This document shows, piece after piece, positions 57,019-64,000 of a stretch of 64,000 nt of DNA. Each line of letters begins with the position of its first letter. Positions within the stretch are counted from its first letter, which is position 1. The stretch lies in assembly GCA_964489065.1 (NCBI GenBank), contig CAZAXH010000007.1:10672-74671 (forward strand), read 5' to 3'. The translations under genes were made by a program, and so were the position numbers. The DNA is from an uncultured Planctomycetales bacterium (lineage in GTDB: Bacteria > Omnitrophota > Gorgyraeia > Zapsychrales > JANLHA01). The notes beneath the pieces are model-generated. The model worked only from the letters and a program-made list of their open reading frames with translations, ran no database searches and was not told where the DNA came from.

Positions 57019-58512
57019 TTATTCCTCCTCCCTATCTTTCAACCATCCTTCCACATCCTTAGAATACGGAGCGGGGATATTATTCCGTTCAATGACCTGC
57101 CTTGTAATTTGGTCTATTTCCTTATTTTTTAAAATAAAATGATGTTGCATTCGGGTTTCTATGACCGTAAAAGGAGACGTTGACTTCGCTAACAATGTTA
57201 CAAATTCTTGGAATGATTCAAATTCCTGGCCATTCACCGCATGGATCACTTCATTATTAGCGTCATGATATCCGATATTCACATCATCAGGCAAGACCTG
57301 CAGTAAAACCACCAACTCTTTTTTTCGGGCCAGATTTAAACGTCCCTCCCCCGTTAAATAAGCCATAAAATCCAGTGGGGCCTTCTCCCACCACTGAGGA
57401 CCCCAGGACTGCAACAAGTCCGCGCTGAGAACAGTAAAAACCAAGCCTCCATAAATATAATAAGGTGGTTTCTCAAAAAAATTAGGCTGTGGGATTAAAT
57501 CAGCAGGGGGTTTAAACAAGACATCCTTTTCCTCCACGTTCCCATCCCGGACAACCTTTAAAGGAATCGATTGCCCGATCTGCTGATTATGAATAAGGTA
57601 TGAGAATCCCAATCGTTCATTCTCCCGGAATTCAAACGTGCCATCCATCCCGAGAGGAACTCCATTCACCTCAAGGATGATATCCCCCTCGCGCAATATC
57701 CCGTCGGAAGCGGAGAACGGCAAAACCCGCGTGATGTAAACACCGCCGTCATGGCCGCTGACTTTATAATATTCCCGTAAAGCAGGGCTCTCCGTATTAT
57801 GATACTCCACCCCTAACCCAGGGAACCCATCATACCGTCCGTTATCTTCCAAATCCTGGATAAAATGGTCGATGATCGGAACCGGGATCATATAGCCGAT
57901 ATTCTGGCTGTGCCTCATCGCCTGCATGGCGACACCGACGATCTTGCCGTCCTTAAAAACCGGGCCGCCGCTGTTTCCCGGATTAATCGCGGCGTCAATC
58001 TGCACCGCCAGCAGCCGTTTGGACGTCTGCACATACGGGACAATTTCTATACGGGAAACCACGCCCTCGGTAATCGACAATTTATCTCCCCCCTCGGGGA
58101 ACCCAAGGACGACAACCGTGTCCTGAAGCTGCGGGAGCTCCCCGAAATCTAAAGGGACAACCCCCTCAAAAAACCGGGGATCATCCACCGTGAGGATAGC
58201 CAGATCACAGTCATTCCCGATAGATTCGACTTTAGCGGTATACTTCGTAGGGTCGGACTCTTTCCTGACCTGGATGAACGTGCTGTCGACGACGACATGG
58301 GCATTCGTCAGGATCTTCTGCCCTTTTAAGATGCAGCCTGATCCGGTCGCCGAAAAACTCCCCCGGGACTGCCAGGGCCGATAGAAATCCATCTGGTTGG
58401 ACGTGACAAAAATTTTAACAACCGAATCCCGCAAATTGTCGCAACAACCGTCGACAGGACACAGCCCCAGAGACACGGCCGCCAGGAGGAAATAAAGACA
58501 GGCTCTCTTCAT
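57019..58512 (-). CDS. Trypsin-like serine protease, S1C (HtrA/DegP-related) family, with C-terminal extension
   Basis: Catalytic triad contexts TNAHVV (His), DCDLAIL (Asp) and GNSGGPVF (Ser). Signal peptide. Confidence 0.8.
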   Translation of the reverse strand: MKRACLYFLLAAVSLGLCPVDGCCDNLRDSVVKIFVTSNQMDFYRPWQSRGSFSATGSGCILKGQKILTNAHVVVDSTFIQVRKESDPTKYTAKVESIGNDCDLAILTVDDPRFFEGVVPLDFGELPQLQDTVVVLGFPEGGDKLSITEGVVSRIEIVPYVQTSKRLLAVQIDAAINPGNSGGPVFKDGKIVGVAMQAMRHSQNIGYMIPVPIIDHFIQDLEDNGRYDGFPGLGVEYHNTESPALREYYKVSGHDGGVYITRVLPFSASDGILREGDIILEVNGVPLGMDGTFEFRENERLGFSYLIHNQQIGQSIPLKVVRDGNVEEKDVLFKPPADLIPQPNFFEKPPYYIYGGLVFTVLSADLLQSWGPQWWEKAPLDFMAYLTGEGRLNLARKKELVVLLQVLPDDVNIGYHDANNEVIHAVNGQEFESFQEFVTLLAKSTSPFTVIETRMQHHFILKNKEIDQITRQVIERNNIPAPYSKDVEGWLKDREEE

Positions 58513-58551
58513 AAATAACTCCGTCCTTCATAACTGGTTATCATACTTGGC

Positions 58552-60192
58552 TTAATACTGAATTATTTCGCTGCTTAGAGGTTTTGCATTCATCAAATTC
58601 TCAATACGGTATTTCGTACTTTCAAGAATCGGAAGGGCTGCTTTGCTGTCAATCATGCCTGGAGGAGTGATTAAATCCCGGGTGGCTGGAGGCGGGAGGG
58701 TTTCTTCGGATACCCCTTGTTCTTCCACGACAGAATCATTGGAGAAATCAAGCGAATTTTGATCAAAAAGGCTTTCCAAACCGCGCAACTGCTGTTCAAT
58801 CTCGGAAATATACATATCCCTTTGCTTCAACAGCTCACACGTGTCGTCCAAACGGCCTTTATAAATTTCCAGTATCCCTTTCACCTGGACCAATTCCTGC
58901 TCCTTCTTGGAATGGCTCTGCCGGTAAGAAATAACCTTACGGTCCAGCAGTCCGACCAGTTGATTCAGTTCAGCGATATGAGATTCTTTTTCTTTCAAGA
59001 CATCTTCCAACGTTTGATATTTCACTTTCAAATCATCAAGGTTCTCTTCAGCCGCCACAACAGACCCGCCAGTTCCCAGAGGAAAAAGAAGCGGCCCGGC
59101 CTGATCGCTGGCCGGTTGTTGTATTTCAATTTCTTTCTCAGCCAAACGGGCGGCTTCTGCGGCTTTCAACCGTTCTTCCATCTGGCTCAACTGTGCCTGG
59201 AACCCTGCGATCCGGTCGTCTTTTTCTCCAATAATCCCCTGCATAAGCTGCAACTGGGCCTGTGACTCTCTCACCTGATCGCTTAACTGCCGGATCACCG
59301 CCTCCTTATCCTCCAGCATCTGCTCTTTACCGAACCCATCCAGAGACATTCCCGCAAGCTCTTTTGTTAATTCAGCCAGTTTCCGGTCCGTGTCAGCCAT
59401 TTTACCCTGCAAAGAGCTGAACTCCAGCCGGACCTCCTGCAGTTCCCCGCGCAAAGACTGAATCTGTTGATCCTGGGCTTGTATCCTGGATTCTTTTTCC
59501 GACAGCTGTCGGCGCAAATGATCTAAATCCGTATCAGGTTCTTTAATGGAAACGGACCGCTGTCTGGACATCTCCTTATCAAGAAGCGCCTGCTTGAGGG
59601 AACGCAATTGACTATTAATGCGCTGTTTAGCTTCAAGCATTTGCATGGACTGTTCCTTTTGGTCCAGCATCAACTTGACCGCAAGGCCCAAGGTTTCAAC
59701 ATCATGGGCGTCACGGATCTGCTCCAGTTTTGTCGTTAATGCCGCGATATCCCGTTTGGGCTTGACCATCGTAGCCAGGGTTTCAAAATTCTCCCGGTTT
59801 TTATCCGTGATGAGATTATTTTTTTCTATAAACTCAAAAAGTCGCTCATTCGATTCATCCAGATAGGCAATACGGGAATTCACAAAATCGGTCTGATCCG
59901 CTAAATCCAAAAATTTTTTCAATTTATACTGGTCATACTTATCTTTTAAAAAATCATTTATGGCTGGCTGTAATAAATATTCCCGGGCTTTTTGATGGGC
60001 CGGGTCCAAAAGAGTCACAATGAGAAACTGGTTCATCGCCACGAGATAATCTTCTTTCTCAAGGAACCGCTCCCCTTTTAAGAGGTAAAAATCAACCAGA
60101 GAATATTTTTCATTTGCAAAAACTCGTGCAGGAGAAATCAGGCCTGCTCCGATTAAAGATACGGATAAAATAATGATGAGAAATGTGCGCAT
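58552..60192 (-). CDS. Membrane-anchored or secreted long coiled-coil protein
   Basis: Start set at MRTFLIIILSV (signal or anchor). About 300 aa of heptad-like Q/E/L/K-rich sequence. Confidence 0.5.
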   Translation of the reverse strand: MRTFLIIILSVSLIGAGLISPARVFANEKYSLVDFYLLKGERFLEKEDYLVAMNQFLIVTLLDPAHQKAREYLLQPAINDFLKDKYDQYKLKKFLDLADQTDFVNSRIAYLDESNERLFEFIEKNNLITDKNRENFETLATMVKPKRDIAALTTKLEQIRDAHDVETLGLAVKLMLDQKEQSMQMLEAKQRINSQLRSLKQALLDKEMSRQRSVSIKEPDTDLDHLRRQLSEKESRIQAQDQQIQSLRGELQEVRLEFSSLQGKMADTDRKLAELTKELAGMSLDGFGKEQMLEDKEAVIRQLSDQVRESQAQLQLMQGIIGEKDDRIAGFQAQLSQMEERLKAAEAARLAEKEIEIQQPASDQAGPLLFPLGTGGSVVAAEENLDDLKVKYQTLEDVLKEKESHIAELNQLVGLLDRKVISYRQSHSKKEQELVQVKGILEIYKGRLDDTCELLKQRDMYISEIEQQLRGLESLFDQNSLDFSNDSVVEEQGVSEETLPPPATRDLITPPGMIDSKAALPILESTKYRIENLMNAKPLSSEIIQY

Positions 60193-60297
60193 AGTTCGCT
60201 TGTATCCTAAAATTATAAAATTAAAGTGTGCGGAGATTATAGCACTAAAAAGACAGGTATTCAAGCGCCAGAATTTTTGTTCAAGAAGGAAACCCCT

Positions 60298-61209
60298 TTA
60301 TCTTCTTCGAGATAAAGGGCACAGGGAAGGACGGTCGCAAGGCTTGTGTTCTATCACATTTAACGACAATAGCTTAGATGCGGTCACCTCCTGATGATCC
60401 ATGTTCCAGACTCCGATAACGAGAACTTCATAGGGCCCGGGACTGGCATTAGGTTCAATGCGCAGGGAATATTGACAGGCAATCTCTCTGTCTTCCAGCG
60501 AATACACAGGCGAGAGGATTAACAATTTATCAGGTTTTTTGACATATTCCGCAAATTGAATTTTCAACGGCACGGTCTGCCCCGGGAGAACATGAACATT
60601 ATTTTCAGGAAATACAATCTCAATATCCGAATCCTGCGGAGGCCTGTTTTGATCACTGCCAGGCACAAAACAAATTTGTTCAAAAGGGATCAAAAGTTCA
60701 AATGGGGATTCAATATCCGGATATGCGACATCAACCTTGAGAACCAGGTTATCATGAAATTCGTCCCAGGACTGGAAATAAAGCCTCACACTATCTGATC
60801 CGGCGATAAAAGGCCGGGGGCCATCCGGCGACCCGGGGGACGGAGCGTCCCGGCTCCCCCTCTCTTCATTCAAGAATTTCATACCCCGGCCCTGAGTGTC
60901 TCTCAATTCATACTGAACGCCCGTTTCATCATCAAACCGCCAAGCCTCTCCATTTTTTAAAACGGCCATATTCAGCGAAACAATATAAACCGTGTCAGAA
61001 GGCTGCAACATGTTTTGCGGGAACGGTAAGGTGTCTGTAGCCATAGCAGATTGAATTGGTATCTTCATCACTTCCGCACGGCGGATAAAAAACTCCCATT
61101 CCTTCTCCGTGTGACGGATATCGAGAGACTCTGCGGCCATTTGCCCCCAACCCAACCCGAAAAAGACGCAAATAAAAAAAAGCCGGATTATTTTCAACAT
61201 GATTTTCAC
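60298..61209 (-). CDS. Secreted hypothetical protein
   Basis: Signal peptide (MKIMLKIIRLFFICVFFGLGWGQMAA). Coding-like. No recognisable motif. Confidence 0.45.
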   Translation of the reverse strand: MKIMLKIIRLFFICVFFGLGWGQMAAESLDIRHTEKEWEFFIRRAEVMKIPIQSAMATDTLPFPQNMLQPSDTVYIVSLNMAVLKNGEAWRFDDETGVQYELRDTQGRGMKFLNEERGSRDAPSPGSPDGPRPFIAGSDSVRLYFQSWDEFHDNLVLKVDVAYPDIESPFELLIPFEQICFVPGSDQNRPPQDSDIEIVFPENNVHVLPGQTVPLKIQFAEYVKKPDKLLILSPVYSLEDREIACQYSLRIEPNASPGPYEVLVIGVWNMDHQEVTASKLLSLNVIEHKPCDRPSLCPLSRRR

Positions 61210-61284
61210 CGGCCTTATTATAACAAAAATATATGGTAACTAAATATTTTAAACAATTTTTTGCTCAACAACGATTTGTCGAGA

Positions 61285-61668
61285 TCAGTCCCAGCCATCT
61301 AAATGCTGTTCGATGGCCGCAATTAATTCCTCAACGGAGGAAGGTTTGGCGACAAAAATGTATCCCCCCACCAGCCCACCCCCGGAGGCCGCTTCTTCTT
61401 TTGTGATTGTGGCCGTCAGGAAAATAACCGGGACATCCCGGGATAAAGGATGGTTTTGCAACTGAAACACGACGTCCGGGCCTTCCCGGCACGGCATAAT
61501 AACATCAAGGAGGATAATATCCGGCTGCGTCCGGATAACTGTATCCAGGGCGAACGCAGAATCATTCTCAATAAAAACACGGTACCGTCCGGTCACTTCC
61601 AAATTGAATTTGACCATTTCCGTAAATCCGCGTTCGTCATCAATAATCAGGACCTTAGCTTTCCTCAT
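61285..61668 (-). CDS. Response regulator, receiver domain only
   Basis: VLIIDDE...ILLDVIMP...AKP receiver motifs. Confidence 0.85.
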   Translation of the reverse strand: MRKAKVLIIDDERGFTEMVKFNLEVTGRYRVFIENDSAFALDTVIRTQPDIILLDVIMPCREGPDVVFQLQNHPLSRDVPVIFLTATITKEEAASGGGLVGGYIFVAKPSSVEELIAAIEQHLDGWD

Positions 61669-61692
61669 ATCCTCTGCATATCCTGCGCAAGC

Positions 61693-62886
61693 CTATATTT
61701 TAAAAATCAGACGCGCCCGAACGCCCCCTTCCTCTCTATTCGTGACACTAATTAATCCCTGGTGATTGTGCATAATAGTGCGGGCGATGGCCAGCCCCAG
61801 CCCGACGCCTCCCGCAGCGCGTTTGGTTGTAAAAAACGGGTCAAATATTTTCGTCATATATTCGGGACTGATCCCTCCCCCGGAATCCTGGATATCAACG
61901 ATCACCACGGGATCGCCAAGGTTCATCAAGCATGACGGCGGGCCAGGACAGCCGTCGTCATCACCAGCCAAAGGCTTAACCAAAGTCGTGATCTGCAAGG
62001 TCCCTCCCCGGGGCATAGCCTGAATCGCATTTAATGTTAAATCCAGGACAACCTGTTCGATCCGATTCCGGTCAATATAGATTTCAGGAATATCAGCGGA
62101 ATATTTTTTCTGAACCGTGACGGAAAACTTTTCGCAGTGGTGATGAACCAATGTTAAAGCGTGGTCGATAACCGCATTGATGTCCTCTCGTTGTTTTTGT
62201 AATGATGAGAGGCTGGAAAAATCCAAGAGGTCTTTAATGATCCTGTTCGCTTTAACCGCCGCCTCATAAATGGCCTTGAGCGTAATCTGGATCTGCTCGT
62301 CATCCGTGTCTTCTAATTTTTTGTAAAGAAATTCTATCCCGTATAAAATCGTGGCCAGGGGATTTTTCACTTCATGCGCGACTCCGCTGGCCAGACCTCC
62401 GACGACATGAATCTTTTCCGCCTGAATCAGTTGGGCCTGCGTTTCCCGAAGATGGTTGTAGGCCGCTTTCAGGTCCTGCTCCGCCTTTTTGCGTTCCACC
62501 GCGTAATAGAGGGCTTTAGTCAGGCCATAGGGCAAATATTTCCCTTTAATGAGGTAGTCCTGCGCGCCGCTGGTGATCGCCTTAAGCCCCAGGCTATCTT
62601 CATAGGCGCCGGTATTGATAACGATGGGAAGATGCGGGAACTTACAATGAATCCGTTCCAGGGTATCGAGGCCCCGGCTGTCTTGCAGATTCAAATCAAG
62701 GAGGATCACATCATAAGAATTATTTTCCAAATGCTGGTAAGCGTCTGCCAGGCAGCCGCAGCAATCAAGCTCAAACGACCCGTAAGCCGTCTTTTCCAGC
62801 ATCCCCTTGAGCATCCGGCTGTCCACCTGGTTGTTTTCAACAATCAGGACGGAAAGCTTCCTTTTCATCTCAGGGTTTATCGGCAT
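61693..62886 (-). CDS. Hybrid histidine kinase: N-terminal receiver fused to HisKA/HATPase core
   Basis: Receiver motifs (VLIVENN...ILLDLNLQD). H-box (GVAHEVKNPLATI). N and G boxes (LNAIQAM...DSGGGI...GGVGLGL). Confidence 0.8.
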   Translation of the reverse strand: MPINPEMKRKLSVLIVENNQVDSRMLKGMLEKTAYGSFELDCCGCLADAYQHLENNSYDVILLDLNLQDSRGLDTLERIHCKFPHLPIVINTGAYEDSLGLKAITSGAQDYLIKGKYLPYGLTKALYYAVERKKAEQDLKAAYNHLRETQAQLIQAEKIHVVGGLASGVAHEVKNPLATILYGIEFLYKKLEDTDDEQIQITLKAIYEAAVKANRIIKDLLDFSSLSSLQKQREDINAVIDHALTLVHHHCEKFSVTVQKKYSADIPEIYIDRNRIEQVVLDLTLNAIQAMPRGGTLQITTLVKPLAGDDDGCPGPPSCLMNLGDPVVIVDIQDSGGGISPEYMTKIFDPFFTTKRAAGGVGLGLAIARTIMHNHQGLISVTNREEGGVRARLIFKI

Positions 62887-62946
62887 GCGTCCCCCTTGTT
62901 TTAAAAAGGATATCGGCGGCCCGCCTCGGACATGCTTTGAAACAAA

Positions 62947-64000
62947 TTACCGTGACCCGAGCTGATTATGGGAAAAAAGCGCGGGCACATGCTGTTTAAT
63001 CCAGTCGACTTTCTGGTCCTCGGTCGCAAGCGTCAAATATTTAGAAAAATAAGTGACGGCCGAATCATAATCCCCCAAAGACTGGATGGAGCGGCCGGCG
63101 AAAAAATAAGCATTCGCCTTGTCCGGCTGCAAATCAATGACCCTCCGAAAATGATCATACGCCCTGCGGTAATCGGCCATGTTGAAATACAAATTCCCCA
63201 ACTTGTAATGCACCTCAATATCCCGACCGCGAGATACCAGGGCCTTCTCAAAAAAATCCGCAGCCAAAGAAACATTGCCCTCCGACTCGGCCTGATGTCC
63301 TTTTGCGAGACAGAGGTAAAACTGCGCCTGGCCGTCTTGGTCACTCAACTGCAAAGCCCGGGACAAAGACGCGACAGACGCGTGATAATCTCCCAGCCTC
63401 AGGTAAGCCAACCCCAGATATTCATTCAATTCATAAGAATTGCCTTCCAGTTCCAGAGCCTGCCGACAATAACTGACCGCTTTATCATACTCTTGATACT
63501 TGTTAAGATATATCCAGGCCAGACGTTTCAAAATTCTCTGACGAAGCCCCTGTTCCGGGTTCATATCCAAGGCTATCGAGAGATATTCCACCGCTTTCTG
63601 CGGTTCATCCTGATCCAGGACAAATGACCCGGCGTAATAGAACGTCTTAGGGTCGTCCGGATATAATGTTAAATAAATCTGGGCTTCCTTCTTGTTCAGG
63701 TAGTAATTTTCGAAGATCTTTTCAATCTCTGAATAATGGTCATGGACTGCGCGAATCGTCGGGCCCAATTCCAGGGCTTTCACCGCATTCGGCAAAGCTT
63801 GTTCATGGACCAACTTCATATTGTAATGATCATCAAACAAGACCGCGTCCATCAGCAGAGCCCGGCTCATACCAAGGTAACCGAGAGCGGATTCCGGGTA
63901 CCGGTCGATTAACTGCTGAAAAATTTCTTTGGCTTCAATAATATCCTGACGGTCCCCGCGAAAAGAGGACAGGAATTCCGAGCCCCTCTCATAATAATCC
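62947..64000 (-). CDS. TPR-repeat protein, 5' end beyond window (partial)
   Basis: Multiple 34-aa TPR-like units (AYLRLGDYHASVASLSRALQL, YKLGNLYFNMADYRRAYDHFRRVIDL). The frame stays open upstream of the track start to the window edge. Confidence 0.7.
   Translation of the reverse strand, partial: DYYERGSEFLSSFRGDRQDIIEAKEIFQQLIDRYPESALGYLGMSRALLMDAVLFDDHYNMKLVHEQALPNAVKALELGPTIRAVHDHYSEIEKIFENYYLNKKEAQIYLTLYPDDPKTFYYAGSFVLDQDEPQKAVEYLSIALDMNPEQGLRQRILKRLAWIYLNKYQEYDKAVSYCRQALELEGNSYELNEYLGLAYLRLGDYHASVASLSRALQLSDQDGQAQFYLCLAKGHQAESEGNVSLAADFFEKALVSRGRDIEVHYKLGNLYFNMADYRRAYDHFRRVIDLQPDKANAYFFAGRSIQSLGDYDSAVTYFSKYLTLATEDQKVDWIKQHVPALFSHNQLGSR

Noticed and set aside
62968-63627. 219-aa plus-strand ORF inside the TPR gene
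   Set aside because: Antisense to a clear TPR-repeat gene. Low-complexity product.
1-64000. Searched for CRISPR arrays, tRNA/rRNA genes, transposases, integrases and phage genes
   Set aside because: I found no short direct-repeat/spacer arrays, no tRNA-like cloverleaf candidates (no GGTTCGAATCC-type T-arm boxes in intergenic regions), and no ORFs with DDE or tyrosine-recombinase motifs. The only dispersed repeats are the 175-nt structured element and the intragenic tandem repeats.

Overview
This 64-kb window looks like a contiguous chromosomal segment from a Gram-negative, probably anaerobic or microaerophilic bacterium of about 52-55% GC; I cannot assign a taxon from the sequence alone. Nearly all genes are on the minus strand. 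About 50 protein-coding genes are supportable. I found no rRNA, tRNA, CRISPR array, transposase or integrase.

Housekeeping genes. These include a complete Rnf ion-translocating ferredoxin:NAD+ oxidoreductase operon in the order rseC-like, rnfB, rnfC, rnfD, rnfG, rnfE, rnfA. Also present are xthA, fumC, gltA, pepA, surE, mutY, nadK, a 7Fe ferredoxin (fdxA-type), an NfeD/SPFH (stomatin) pair and an aldo-keto reductase. There are several radical SAM enzymes: two with B12-binding domains, one AmrS-like, and one spore-photoproduct-lyase-like.

Accessory content. Accessory genes dominate the second half of the window.
(1) A locus whose architecture matches the Pseudomonas Fap functional-amyloid secretion system. 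It carries an N-anchored beta-barrel outer-membrane protein, a standalone C39-like cysteine peptidase, a small secreted substrate and a giant paralogous substrate, preceded by an AraC-type regulator. The giant substrate is 822 aa, S/A/D/T-rich, and contains 132-nt tandem repeats.
(2) A c-di-GMP-I (GEMM) riboswitch with close local identity to the Vibrio cholerae Vc2 aptamer. An intrinsic terminator follows it, and it sits upstream of a small secreted or lipoprotein gene.
(3) A dense c-di-GMP and phosphorelay neighbourhood containing PilZ, a response regulator with an HD-GYP domain, two Hpt proteins, two CheY-like receivers and an Hpt-containing hybrid kinase.
(4) A roughly 175-nt highly structured repeat family present in three full copies and one partial copy, all intergenic.
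(5) A four-gene cluster of secreted proteins of unknown function next to a 918-aa outer-membrane protein with Cna-B/SdrD-B-like domains.
(6) An ECF sigma factor translationally coupled to an 807-aa anti-sigma factor carrying a vWA domain.

Caveats. The supplied ORF track translates GTG and TTG starts as M, and several of its long ORFs are N-terminally over-extended. I have adjusted starts where a conserved N-terminus and a ribosome-binding site were visible.
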